A stretch of 37,261 nucleotides of DNA, taken from positions 1 through 37,261 of IMG/VR virus record IMGVR_UViG_3300028416_000038. One strand, given 5' to 3'. The position numbers were made by a program, and so were the translations under genes. This DNA comes from a virus. Its lineage: Duplodnaviria > Caudoviricetes. Positions within the stretch are counted from its first letter, which is position 1. Each line of letters begins with the position of its first letter. A model generated the notes under the pieces. The model was given only the letters and a program-made list of their open reading frames with translations. It searched no databases and was not told the DNA's origin. Below are positions 1-9,801 of the stretch, in pieces.

Positions 1-114
1 ACCCGTTTCGATGACGTTACCAGATTAAACATGCATCAAGCATTATTATTCCTAGCGTTTGAAAAAGAAAAGATAGAATTAGAAAAGAAACAGTTAGAAA
101 AATTTAAGAAATGA
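1..114 (+). CDS. C-terminal part of the -1 frameshift product of the tail assembly chaperone (partial, copy A)
   Basis: Frame +1 reads TRFDDVTRLNMHQALLFLAFEKEKIELEKKQLEKFKK*. Identical in protein to 30759-30872 despite six nucleotide differences. TGA overlaps the ATG at 111. Confidence 0.8.
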   Translation, partial: TRFDDVTRLNMHQALLFLAFEKEKIELEKKQLEKFKK

Positions 115-566
115 AAGCCTTCTACGAATTAACAGATAAAATAAAAGATACCTTAATAGCGGAGCCTTTCGTTAATACAGTTACTTTCGGAAGCTTAGAC
201 GACGTAGATCTTAATAAGTCTACTATCTTTCCTTTATCGCATATTATAGTAAATACCGCTACAGTAAATTCTAACTTTATTACTTTTAATATTAGCGTGC
301 TTTCTATGGACGTAGTAGACGAAAGTAAAGAAGAAACTACGGATAACTTTATAGGGAACGATAACGAGCAGGATATTCTAAATACTCAGTTAGCAATCCA
401 GAATAGATTAATAGCTTTATTACAAAGAGGTACTTTATATCAAGATAAATACCAAGTAGAAGGAGCGGTAACTTGCGAGCCTTTCGTAGATAGATTCGAG
501 AATAAATTAGCAGGCTGGGCCTCTACTCTAGATATATTAATTCAAAACGATATGACCGTATGCTAA
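111..566 (+). CDS. Putative tail terminator / tail completion protein
   Basis: 151 aa acidic protein with a FP..HI motif near the N-terminus and a C-terminal GW motif; lies in the tail module. Function inferred. Confidence 0.55.
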   Translation: MKAFYELTDKIKDTLIAEPFVNTVTFGSLDDVDLNKSTIFPLSHIIVNTATVNSNFITFNISVLSMDVVDESKEETTDNFIGNDNEQDILNTQLAIQNRLIALLQRGTLYQDKYQVEGAVTCEPFVDRFENKLAGWASTLDILIQNDMTVC

Positions 567-1099
567 CTAAGGGAGAAGGTAGAAAGTTCTTAGAGGAGTT
601 TAGAGATAAGGTCGTAAGAGAGGCTAAGCATAACTTGTCTAAGAAAAGAAAGAGGGTAAGTAAAAAACTATACGAAAGTATAGACGGAGACTTCGAAGTT
701 TTCGAGAATAGCTTTTCTCTTAGTTTCTCTATGGAGGAATACGGTTTATACCAAGACAAAGGGGTAAGCGGTACAGAAAGAAAATATAATACTCCTTATT
801 CTTACTCTAGCAGTAGTAACTTAGTAGGACTAGAATACCATACGGGCTTTTTATCTAAATGGGCTAGATTTAGAGGAATGCAACCTAGACTCGGTAACGG
901 TAAGTTTGGCTCTTATAAAAGTATGGGATATATACTAGCTAGAAGCATAAAGAAGAAAGGAATAAAACCTAGCTTATTTTTTACTAAGCCCTTCGAGAAA
1001 TACTTTAAGAAATTACCAGACGAACTAATAGAAAGATTTGGATTAGACGTAGAAGATTTATTAGCCTTTTCGCTTAACGAAAAAAGATTAAGACCATGA
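560..1099 (+). CDS. Putative neck / tail completion protein (HK97 gp10-like, basic)
   Basis: 179 aa basic protein with L..SI, YG.YQDKGV.G and GIKPSLFFTKPF motifs typical of tail-completion proteins. Confidence 0.55.
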   Translation: MLTKGEGRKFLEEFRDKVVREAKHNLSKKRKRVSKKLYESIDGDFEVFENSFSLSFSMEEYGLYQDKGVSGTERKYNTPYSYSSSSNLVGLEYHTGFLSKWARFRGMQPRLGNGKFGSYKSMGYILARSIKKKGIKPSLFFTKPFEKYFKKLPDELIERFGLDVEDLLAFSLNEKRLRP

Positions 1100-2604
1100 G
1101 TACTAAGATAAACGTAAGAAGCCCATATTATTTAAGCTATAGCGAGCCGCCAGAGCCGCTACCAGAATTTAACTGTAGTTACGCTAATGCTCAAGGATTC
1201 GCAGTAGACGAAAGCGGAGCTATCTCTTTACCTAGTTTAGATTACGGCGGTATAGATTCTTATACCTCAGATGCGGCAGATTTTTCTAATGGATCTTTTG
1301 ACGAAGTTAGCGGAGATACTTTAAGAACTTTAAAACTTACTATTTTAGCTCCTACTGGCTTTAGTAACGAAGGAGACGGCATTATTTGCGAAGTTACGGC
1401 AACTCAACCCTTAAAACCCGTAGACTGTCCTACTGTAGTAAGTCCTAGCGGATCTATACCTAGCCAAGCTTTAAATACTGGAGGAAGTTCGGTAACTATA
1501 GACTACTCTAGTTATTTTACGGGTACTACTACAGATTTTACGGATGTTGTTTTAAATACCAACGGATCTTACCTAGACGTAAGTATAAATACTACAGACG
1601 AAGAGGTTACTATTACTTCTAGAAGCGTCGCTGGGGTTTTTAGCTTTCAGCTAGAAAGAATAGATAATAGTACTGGATGTAACGCAAAACAAACAATTAC
1701 TACTACTCTTACTTCTTTAGCTACTTTTGACTGTACTACTGCTAATTTATTAGGAGGAGCAGTAGCTGCAGACGGAACTCTTACTACTCCTTCTTCTATA
1801 GGAACCGTTACCGCAACTAAAGAGACTAGCGGAGGTGCTTCAGTTACAAGTATAGCTGCTAATAATTCTGGCTCAGATATAAGCGTTACTTTATATTACG
1901 ACGTATTAGTTCCTTCTGGTTATTCTAATACGGGTTCTACTATAGAATGTAATATAACTTATACGCAAAGATCTAATATAATAGTGCCTACTTTTACTTG
2001 CTCGGACGTAGATTTAGACGACCAAGCTATTTTAAAAGATGGTAGCGTAACTGCAGGAGTCGCTAAATACTATGGGCCTAATGGAAGAGAATATCTAACT
2101 ATAGAGAGTTTTACTCCTACTACTTTTCCCGAAGTAACTGAAATAACTAGAAGAGACGTAACTTATACTATAGAGGTTCCAAGCGGATTTACTAATACGG
2201 GAAGTACTATAGACTGCGACGAAAGAATAAAGCAGCCTGCGGCAGATCCGCCAAACCCATGTGATACAAAAATTAATCAATGGTATATAGGGGTATGGAG
2301 TAATGATAATTACAATGATTTTGATAGAAAAAATATTCCGATTACTCAATACTTAATGTACGCAGAAGATGTACTAGCTCCAGACGGATCATGGGAGGGT
2401 AAGACTCTTTGTACGGGGGCTAGTGGAGGAACTGGAGAATTTAATGTAACTAACGGTAATCATACTTATATAAGAAAAACTAAAGGAACTTACGCAATAT
2501 CTGCTTCTCAACAATTTGAATACGTTATAGTTTTTGGAAGTGCTAATGCGATTAAAGCAGTTTATTTAAAAGACTGGAATACTAAACAATTAAGAAGATT
2601 ATAA
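1096..2604 (+). CDS. Tail-associated structural protein with three Cys-paired beta-rich repeats
   Basis: 502 aa, Ser/Thr-rich. Three units F.C...G.....P.G(F/Y).N.G..I.C.....Q at 1168-1407, 1726-1968 and 1993-2235. Confidence 0.6.
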   Translation: MSTKINVRSPYYLSYSEPPEPLPEFNCSYANAQGFAVDESGAISLPSLDYGGIDSYTSDAADFSNGSFDEVSGDTLRTLKLTILAPTGFSNEGDGIICEVTATQPLKPVDCPTVVSPSGSIPSQALNTGGSSVTIDYSSYFTGTTTDFTDVVLNTNGSYLDVSINTTDEEVTITSRSVAGVFSFQLERIDNSTGCNAKQTITTTLTSLATFDCTTANLLGGAVAADGTLTTPSSIGTVTATKETSGGASVTSIAANNSGSDISVTLYYDVLVPSGYSNTGSTIECNITYTQRSNIIVPTFTCSDVDLDDQAILKDGSVTAGVAKYYGPNGREYLTIESFTPTTFPEVTEITRRDVTYTIEVPSGFTNTGSTIDCDERIKQPAADPPNPCDTKINQWYIGVWSNDNYNDFDRKNIPITQYLMYAEDVLAPDGSWEGKTLCTGASGGTGEFNVTNGNHTYIRKTKGTYAISASQQFEYVIVFGSANAIKAVYLKDWNTKQLRRL

Positions 2605-3590
2605 TGGCATTTGATAATATAGTTTTAGATATTTATATATATACTGGATTAGCTTCTAGTTATACTGCGACGGATAAGAAATATACTTTAAGTAAATCTT
2701 TAATAACGGGGGAAACTAAAATTAATTTCGAGATCGCAGAATTAGTAAGAGATTATATTAATATAGAGTTTAACAATAATTATTCTAGTTACGCAGTATG
2801 GGTAAGAACCGACGCTATTATAAGAGACGAAAACGATACCGAATTTAGTTACGGAAGTCCAGAGTCGAATACCTATTTAGCTTTAGATGGGTTTGGATAT
2901 TTTGAGGAAGGTATAAATCCAGAATTAGATAGGCATGCTTTAATATCTACCTCAACTTTATATATTCCAGAGGGTACGATAGGAAAACTTCCTTTATTTG
3001 CAGAAGGAGTAGGTAAGGTAGTGGTCGATAGTTCAGAAGCACAAATAACAGATAACGGTAATACTAATCAAAAGATACAATACATAAATATACCCGCAGA
3101 TAGCTCTACTATCCAAGTTTACGACACGGACGATACTACTCTTCTAAAAACTATAAATATTAATAACGTCTGCGAGCCTAAGTATACTCCTTATAAAGTT
3201 ACTTTCGTAAATAAGTTCGGAGCTTTCCAAGACTTGTACTTCTTTAAAAAGACTACAGAGAGCTTTAACGTAACGGACGAAACCTTTAAGAGAAATATCT
3301 TTGAAAACAATAACGTAACCTACGATACTTATAGAGGCCAGAGAGAGAGATATAATACTAATGCTAAAACCAGTATAAGTCTTAATACTGGATTCGTAAA
3401 CGAAGATTTTAATAGTGCTATCGAGGAGTTATTCTTATCTGAGAAAGTTTGGATTCGATGGAATAACCAAACGCTTCCTATAATACCCAAGACTAAAAAC
3501 CTAGAATTAAAAACAAGCCTAAACGATAAATTATCTAACTATACTATAGACTTTGAGTTCGCATTTAATAAGATTAATAATGTAAGGTAA
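2604..3590 (+). CDS. Putative tail-tip / distal tail structural protein
   Basis: 328 aa with F.NKFGA and LNTGF motifs, coupled (TAATG) to both neighbours in the tail module. Confidence 0.55.
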   Translation: MAFDNIVLDIYIYTGLASSYTATDKKYTLSKSLITGETKINFEIAELVRDYINIEFNNNYSSYAVWVRTDAIIRDENDTEFSYGSPESNTYLALDGFGYFEEGINPELDRHALISTSTLYIPEGTIGKLPLFAEGVGKVVVDSSEAQITDNGNTNQKIQYINIPADSSTIQVYDTDDTTLLKTININNVCEPKYTPYKVTFVNKFGAFQDLYFFKKTTESFNVTDETFKRNIFENNNVTYDTYRGQRERYNTNAKTSISLNTGFVNEDFNSAIEELFLSEKVWIRWNNQTLPIIPKTKNLELKTSLNDKLSNYTIDFEFAFNKINNVR

Positions 3591-6415
3591 TGATTAATTT
3601 ACAGTTATATATATTAAACGAAAACGGGCAATCCTACGACGAAGTAGAGCTTTACGATAATGAAACTGTAAGCTATACTCAATCTCTGCAGGATGTAAGA
3701 GATATATCTAAAGTATTTTCTGACTTTACTAGGACTTTTAACGTACCCGCTTCTCGTACTAATAATATTATATTTAAGCATTTCTATAATTACTTTATTG
3801 ACGGATTTGATCCTAAGAGACGGCATAAAGCTAAACTATATTTAAACTATAGACTTTATAAAGAGGGTTATATAAAATTAGAGGGTTCTACTACTAAAGA
3901 TAATAGGCCATTTACTTATAGAATTACTTTCTTTGGTAGTGGGGTTATATTAAAGGATGTATTTAGAGAAAATAAATTAGCGTCTCTATCTTATTTAATA
4001 AGTAATTTTAAGTTCGATTATACTTCAGCTAACGTAAAGCAATATTTACAAGACGGTAAAAACGAGATTTTCTACATGCCAGTAAAAGGAGACACTAGCA
4101 AAGTAGACCAAGTAGATATAGAAGATGCCGTAGTCTTTCCTCTTATATCGCATACCGATAGAATGATATACGATAGTAACGCTTCTTACGTCGGAACTGC
4201 AGGAGAAACTAATTTAGCGAACGTAACTAATGGAGGCTTAAAACTTACAGAGTTAAAACCAGCTATTAGAGTTCATGCTATTATAAAAGCAATAGAGGCC
4301 CAGTATAAAGAAAGCGGCATAGAGTTTACTACAGACTTTTTTAATGAGACTAATTTACCTTATTATAATTTATATCTTTGGTTACATACCAAAACAGGGG
4401 CGTTATTTTCGGATCAAGAGGGGGGTACTTTTGCCGAAGATTTTGAAGTAGTACAGCCTTCAGATACTGGCACTACGGGAGTGGGTATTATAGAGAATGG
4501 TAATACTTTTACTACTCCAGATCCCGCTCAAGTAATTAGCAACCCTAAAAGAGCCGCTAAGCAAAGAAGCCTAAGTCTAAGCGTAGAAACAACTTCAAGC
4601 GATCCTTTTACTATTATTATATACGACTCTCAAGGGAATGAATTTTCTAGCTATACAGGAACTCAGACTAACGGAGTATATACTCCAATACCAGAAAGAG
4701 ACGAAATAGAAATAGATTCTGGCTCTTATAGATTTGCTATCCGCTCTACTACTCCAGCTTCTTTTACTTTAAAGATTAGAGTAACTAGACCAGCTACAAT
4801 AGCAGGGAAAAGAGAATTTAATTTTAAAGGAACTGTAGATATAGGAGTAGATACAGAGTTATACGCAGCTAGTCAAATGCCAGATATAACTATTTTAGGA
4901 TTCCTTACTGGACTCTTTAAGATGTTTAATCTTACGGCTTATCAAAATGAGGAGGGAAAAATAGTAATACAGACTCTAGATCAATTTTACGGAGCTAGTG
5001 ATAGTATTTACGATATAACCCCTTACATAGATAAAGATACAGTTACGGTAGATTCTATAGTGCCTTATAGACAAGTTACTTTCTCTTACGAAGGTAGAGA
5101 TACTTTTTTAGCAGCTACTTACGAAGATCTTAATAATAAAGACTGGGGAGGGCTACATTATAAAGAAAACGATAATAACTTAGGATCTGAGTATAAGATA
5201 GTAGCTCCTTTTGAACATATGCTTTTCGAGAAGCTAACAGATGCCGACGATAATTCAGATACTGGTATACAAATAGGCTGGAGCGCAGACGAAAAACAAG
5301 AGCCAACAATAGGAAAGCCTCTTTTATTTTACGCGGTAAGCAAAGAAATAAGCGAACCTATAAAACTTATAAACTTCGATAGTAGTACTACTACATTATC
5401 TTCAGATACTAAAGTCTATATGCCTTCTAATTCTATAGAGCTAGGAGACGACTTAACGGATTCAATTAATATAAATTTCGCTTCAGAGATTAACGAATAC
5501 GCTGAGGTTCCTTTTAAGAGTTCTTTATTTAACCAATATTATAAGAATTATATAGTAGATATTTTTGATAAGCAAAGAAGATTAACTAATACTTCTGCTT
5601 ATTTACCTCAAAGAATATTATCTAATTTAAAATTAAACGACAAAGTTTTAATTACGGATAGGCTTTATAAAATAAATAAGATAACTACCAATTTTCAGAA
5701 GCTATTAAGTAATCTAGAATTAATTAATACGACTGCCGTAGAAGGTAAGAATATAATTAGAGATACTATATATAGAGAAGAAGAGATAGTACTAGAAAGC
5801 TCCTGCGTAACTGCAGACGTAGATATTACTACTATAGATTCTACTATAATAAAAACTGACTGTACAGATTCTAAAATTAACGACGGTTACGTCTTTATAA
5901 ATGATTCTAACGACGGCACTACTTCAGATAATAATACTCCAGATACTAGCGTTAATGGAGTGCCAGTAGAGGTAACTCCTCCTGCGGTATTTGATCCGCA
6001 TATTACAGTAGATTCTAATTTAATTACCGCAGATACCACAAATTATACTGCAGACGCTAATCTAAGAGAAGTTACTTCTTCTTCCTTTAAGATAGGTTAC
6101 CAAGTTAAAACTCTAGGTAAGATAGGAACTTCAGATAATATAGACGAATACGGATTCTTATATAGTACTACTTCAGACGATTTATTAGGAACGGACGTAG
6201 ACGATATAGCTGCGGTAGCTGGAGTAACTAAAATAGACTATCCAACGGCTAGTAATAATAAAAGGCCTACGGTTCCCTTTAGCTCTAGTTACCAGAAAAA
6301 TAATGCGACCTCAGCTACGACTTACTACTTTAGATTCTATGGTAGGACTAATACAGATTTAGCTTACGCAGAGGCAGACGCTTTAAGTGAAATAGAAGAA
6401 ATTACTACGGCATGA
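3590..6415 (+). CDS. Large tail-tip / baseplate hub-like protein
   Basis: 941 aa. The N-terminal S.QDV.DI.K.FSDF...F.VP motif, FL.GLFKMFNL and L.LNDKV.I....YKINKI are typical of siphovirus hub proteins. The C-terminus is FN3-like (YYFRFYG). Confidence 0.65.
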   Translation: MINLQLYILNENGQSYDEVELYDNETVSYTQSLQDVRDISKVFSDFTRTFNVPASRTNNIIFKHFYNYFIDGFDPKRRHKAKLYLNYRLYKEGYIKLEGSTTKDNRPFTYRITFFGSGVILKDVFRENKLASLSYLISNFKFDYTSANVKQYLQDGKNEIFYMPVKGDTSKVDQVDIEDAVVFPLISHTDRMIYDSNASYVGTAGETNLANVTNGGLKLTELKPAIRVHAIIKAIEAQYKESGIEFTTDFFNETNLPYYNLYLWLHTKTGALFSDQEGGTFAEDFEVVQPSDTGTTGVGIIENGNTFTTPDPAQVISNPKRAAKQRSLSLSVETTSSDPFTIIIYDSQGNEFSSYTGTQTNGVYTPIPERDEIEIDSGSYRFAIRSTTPASFTLKIRVTRPATIAGKREFNFKGTVDIGVDTELYAASQMPDITILGFLTGLFKMFNLTAYQNEEGKIVIQTLDQFYGASDSIYDITPYIDKDTVTVDSIVPYRQVTFSYEGRDTFLAATYEDLNNKDWGGLHYKENDNNLGSEYKIVAPFEHMLFEKLTDADDNSDTGIQIGWSADEKQEPTIGKPLLFYAVSKEISEPIKLINFDSSTTTLSSDTKVYMPSNSIELGDDLTDSININFASEINEYAEVPFKSSLFNQYYKNYIVDIFDKQRRLTNTSAYLPQRILSNLKLNDKVLITDRLYKINKITTNFQKLLSNLELINTTAVEGKNIIRDTIYREEEIVLESSCVTADVDITTIDSTIIKTDCTDSKINDGYVFINDSNDGTTSDNNTPDTSVNGVPVEVTPPAVFDPHITVDSNLITADTTNYTADANLREVTSSSFKIGYQVKTLGKIGTSDNIDEYGFLYSTTSDDLLGTDVDDIAAVAGVTKIDYPTASNNKRPTVPFSSSYQKNNATSATTYYFRFYGRTNTDLAYAEADALSEIEEITTA

Positions 6416-6570
6416 TAAGTAATATATTAGATATGCTAGAGATAGCTAAGCAGGAAGATAATATAGGGGACTATACGTTTATAGCCTTAGGAAAGAATAA
6501 AGCTCCAGAGAGTATTAAGGAAGCTTATAAACAACATAAGAGAGAGGTATGGCAGTTAAAAAGACAATAG
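6412..6570 (+). CDS. Small hypothetical protein (52 aa), not in the ORF track
   Basis: MISNILDMLEIAKQEDNIGDYTFIALGKNKAPESIKEAYKQHKREVWQLKRQ*. ATG overlaps the upstream TGA (ATGA) and the ORF fills the gap to the tape measure. Confidence 0.7.
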   Translation: MISNILDMLEIAKQEDNIGDYTFIALGKNKAPESIKEAYKQHKREVWQLKRQ

Positions 6571-8138
6571 AAATAGACGTAAACGCTAAGTCTCTAGGTC
6601 AGCTAGAGGGTATGCTAGAGGACGTAAACGAAGAGTTAAAAGATCTAGATAGAAATTCGGACGCCTTTAAAGAGGCCGCTAAGAAGTCGCAGTTACTAAG
6701 TAGAGAAATAGAAACTATTAATAACGAGATAGAAGGGTTTAATCTAGACGATAAATTACAAGCGGCAGACGGTGCAGCTAAAGTTTTTGGTGGATCTCTC
6801 TCTGCCGTAGTAGGTACTCTAGGTACTTTAGGAATAGAGTCGGAAGCTTTTGGAGAGTTTGAAGAAAAAGCAGCCTCTGCTATCGCCGTAGGTTTAGGAA
6901 TTAAAGACGTATCGGAAGGATTTGGCCAAGTAGCTCAAGCTGCTAAAAAATCTGGAGTAGCTGCTAAGTTATTTGGATCTACTACTAAAAAAGCGATATT
7001 AGCTACTGGGGTAGGAGCCTTTGCTATATTATTAGCCGCTATAGTAAATAACTGGGATAGTATAACTAAAGCAGTAAAAAGATTTGCTAGTAACGTACCC
7101 TTCGTAGGTAAAGCTATAGACGCAGTAAAAACTACTTTTAATAATTTATTCGATGCTGCTAGGCCAGTATTAGAGTTCTTAGGTATTTTACCAGACGAAG
7201 CAGAAAGAGCAGCTATATCAACTAAGAAAGCGGTAAGTAATTCTATACAAGAGCTAGAAAGAGAAATAGCAGTAGCCGAAGCTGCGGGAGAGTCTGCTAA
7301 AAAAGTATTTGATTTAAGAAAAAGATTACTAGAAGCAGAGTTACAACAATTACGAGACAGTAACGCAGAGAAAGAAGAGATATTTAAAAAGGAAACTGAA
7401 TTACTGGCCTTAGAAGCTGCAGAGCAAAAAAGAATAAGAGAAGGCAAGGTAGACGTAGTAAAAAGAGAGAAGGTAGAAACTGTAAATACAATTACTTCCG
7501 AAGGACTAAAAGAAGTCGAAGCTGAAGGTATAAAGGCTCAGCAAGTAAGTATATTTAATAAAGACGCTGCAGATCAAAGAGCTGCTTTAGTTCAAGCTCA
7601 AATAGAGAACCAACTTAAATTAGATGCTGCTAGACAATCTTCTTTAGATAATGTAATAGCTATAGCAGGAGCAGAAAGCGCAGTAGGTAAGGCCGCTCTT
7701 ATTGCTAAGTCAGTATTACAAGCTAGAGAATTAGTCTTAGAAGCTACTAAAACTATTAGTTTCGCAACTCAAGCGGGAGCTAGAAGTACGGTCGCAGTAG
7801 CGGAAGGTACGGCTCAGACGGCTAAGGTAGGTTTTCCTCAGAATATACCTTTACTTATAGGATATGCTGCCCAAGCTGCGGGTATTTTTATGGGAATTAA
7901 AAACGCTATAGGAGGAGCTAAAACCGCTGCAGGAGGATTAGGCGGAGGCATGAGCGGCGGAAGAGGAGAGTCTCAAGCCCCTTCGTTTAATATAGTAGGA
8001 GCTGCTCCAGAAAACCAATTAGCAGAAGCATTAGGCCAAAACGAAACTAAACCTATAAAAGCCTTTGTAGTGAGTAATGAAGTTAGTAACCAACAAGAAC
8101 TAGACAGAAATATTACTAACGAAGCTTCGATAGGATAA
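6549..8138 (+). CDS. Tape measure protein (short)
   Basis: 529 aa, Ala/Glu/Lys-rich and helical, with hydrophobic Ala/Gly segments and a C-terminal PIKAFVVS.EV..QQ.LDR motif. Confidence 0.75.
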   Translation: MAVKKTIEIDVNAKSLGQLEGMLEDVNEELKDLDRNSDAFKEAAKKSQLLSREIETINNEIEGFNLDDKLQAADGAAKVFGGSLSAVVGTLGTLGIESEAFGEFEEKAASAIAVGLGIKDVSEGFGQVAQAAKKSGVAAKLFGSTTKKAILATGVGAFAILLAAIVNNWDSITKAVKRFASNVPFVGKAIDAVKTTFNNLFDAARPVLEFLGILPDEAERAAISTKKAVSNSIQELEREIAVAEAAGESAKKVFDLRKRLLEAELQQLRDSNAEKEEIFKKETELLALEAAEQKRIREGKVDVVKREKVETVNTITSEGLKEVEAEGIKAQQVSIFNKDAADQRAALVQAQIENQLKLDAARQSSLDNVIAIAGAESAVGKAALIAKSVLQARELVLEATKTISFATQAGARSTVAVAEGTAQTAKVGFPQNIPLLIGYAAQAAGIFMGIKNAIGGAKTAAGGLGGGMSGGRGESQAPSFNIVGAAPENQLAEALGQNETKPIKAFVVSNEVSNQQELDRNITNEASIG

Positions 8139-8160
8139 CAAAACCTCTTAAAATTTATTA
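8136..8160 (+). promoter_or_regulatory. Late-promoter-like motif TAACA-N14-TTATTA
   Basis: One of six copies with an invariant 14-nt spacer; 7 nt before ATG 8168. Confidence 0.75.
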
Positions 8161-8167
8161 TAATAAT

Positions 8168-9106
8168 ATGGATATAGTAGAACTTTTTATAGACGAAGAA
8201 GATGAAATTTCTGGAATCGAGGCGGTATCTATAGTAGAAAACCCTGCGATTGAAGAGGACTTTATAGCACTTAAAAACCATGAGGTTAAATTTGCGGAAG
8301 TGAACAAAGAGAAGCGTATTCTAATGGGTGCTGCTTTAATTCCTAATAAACCGATATACAGAAGAAGCGAAGATAAAGAGTACTATATTTATTTTTCTAG
8401 AGATACGGTAAGAAAAGCTAGCGAACTATTCTTTATAAAAGGTAATTATAATAAGTCTACTTTAGAGCATGGAAAAGCTTTAAGCGGTTTAGTAGCCGTA
8501 GAGTCTTGGTTAGTCGAAGATTCTAAAAAAGATAAAAGCGCAGCTTACGGTATGGATATGCCAGTAGGTACTTGGATGCTATCAATGAAAGTACAAAACG
8601 ACGACGTCTGGGAAAACTACGTTAAGACGGGTAAAGTAAAAGGATTCTCTATAGAAGGATATTTTGCAGATCGTTTAGAAAGACCTAACGAACCTAATTC
8701 TCTAGCAGCTCTAGAAGAAGAAGAGGCAGAATATTTATTAAGCGAAATTACCGCTATTATAAAAAGCGATAAAAGATATAAAAACGGTAAGACTATAGAA
8801 ATGGAGTCTTATAATGATTATCCAGACTCGGTAAAGAATAACGCTAAGAGAGGTATAGAACTAAACGAAAAAGTAAATAATAAATGCGCTACTCCAGTAG
8901 GAAAGATTAGAGCGCAGCAATTAGCTCAAGGTAAACCTATAAGCTTAGAGACCATTAAGAGAATGTATAGCTACTTATCTAGAGCAGAAGAGTTTTACGA
9001 TCCTTCAGATAATGAAGCATGCGGTACGATAAGTTTTTTATTATGGGGAGGCCTTTCAGCAAAAAGATACGCAGAAGCTAAGCTAAAATCTCTAGACCTA
9101 ATATAA
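8168..9106 (+). CDS. Prohead protease (XkdF-like) with an extra C-terminal domain
   Basis: 312 aa with AVSIVENPAIE, G.ALIP.K.IYR, TLEH, VESW, PVGTW and KGFSIEG motifs, upstream of scaffold and capsid. Confidence 0.8.
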   Translation: MDIVELFIDEEDEISGIEAVSIVENPAIEEDFIALKNHEVKFAEVNKEKRILMGAALIPNKPIYRRSEDKEYYIYFSRDTVRKASELFFIKGNYNKSTLEHGKALSGLVAVESWLVEDSKKDKSAAYGMDMPVGTWMLSMKVQNDDVWENYVKTGKVKGFSIEGYFADRLERPNEPNSLAALEEEEAEYLLSEITAIIKSDKRYKNGKTIEMESYNDYPDSVKNNAKRGIELNEKVNNKCATPVGKIRAQQLAQGKPISLETIKRMYSYLSRAEEFYDPSDNEACGTISFLLWGGLSAKRYAEAKLKSLDLI

Positions 9107-9309
9107 TGAGAGATTATAACGAAAAAGCACCAAGTCCTAAAAACGATAAAAGAGGATGCCTTTGCCCAGACGGTACTTACTCTAGAAAGTGCTGCGACGG
9201 TAGCTTTCAAGCTCAAGGAATAGGTAATATAACTAGATACCAATTTTTCCTATATACAGAAGAGGGAGAAAAATTTATACAAGAAAACGGAAGTAAACTA
9301 TATCAATAA
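9106..9309 (+). CDS. Small Cys-rich protein with a C-terminal L.TE.G repeat
   Basis: 67 aa with CLC...YSRKCCDGS..AQGIG; translationally coupled on both sides. Confidence 0.7.
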   Translation: MRDYNEKAPSPKNDKRGCLCPDGTYSRKCCDGSFQAQGIGNITRYQFFLYTEEGEKFIQENGSKLYQ

Positions 9310-9764
9310 TGGCAGATAAAAAAATAAGCGAACTAACGGCAGCTTCTACCTTAACGGGTACGGAGATAGTACCTTTAGTACAAAGTAGTACGACTAAGAA
9401 GGCTACTATAAACGATATTACTAACCATATTATTACGGTATCTAAAACCGTTACGGCAGGAGAGACTATAGACTTAGGAGATTCTGCCTATACTAACGCT
9501 ATGATGGTTAAGCTTACTTGGAGCGGAGCAACGGGAACGGCTACCTATACATTACCAGACGCTACTTCTTCTAACTCTACAAATAGGGTTTTAAGATTTA
9601 TTACCGATAGTACTTTTTCAGCTAGTACTAGAGTAGACTTAACTCCAGCTAGCGGGCAAAATCTAGATGGTAGTACCTTAGCCTACGAGATTAACAAAGA
9701 ATACGAAGGAATAGCTATATGGTCAGACGGAAACGAATGGTTTATTATACAAAAGAAAGCTTAA
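9309..9764 (+). CDS. Putative head fibre / decoration protein
   Basis: 151 aa. The MADKKISEL N-terminus and the TLP.A ...SDGNEWFII C-terminal motif are typical of short phage fibres. Confidence 0.55.
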   Translation: MADKKISELTAASTLTGTEIVPLVQSSTTKKATINDITNHIITVSKTVTAGETIDLGDSAYTNAMMVKLTWSGATGTATYTLPDATSSNSTNRVLRFITDSTFSASTRVDLTPASGQNLDGSTLAYEINKEYEGIAIWSDGNEWFIIQKKA

Positions 9765-9769
9765 AAATC

Positions 9770-9794
9770 TAACAAAGTGTTAATTAATTTATTA
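9770..9794 (+). promoter_or_regulatory. Late-promoter-like motif TAACA-N14-TTATTA
   Basis: Same motif; 7 nt before ATG 9802. Confidence 0.75.
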
Positions 9795-9801
9795 TAAGAA
9801 T

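Larger units (their letters stand above)
1..6503. repeat. Diverged direct repeat, copy A of the 6.5-kb tail module (pairs with 30759-37261)
   Basis: Same ORFs at a constant offset of 30,758 (111/30869, 1096/31854, 2604/33362, 3590/34348). Many, mostly synonymous, substitutions and no net indel. Confidence 0.98.
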
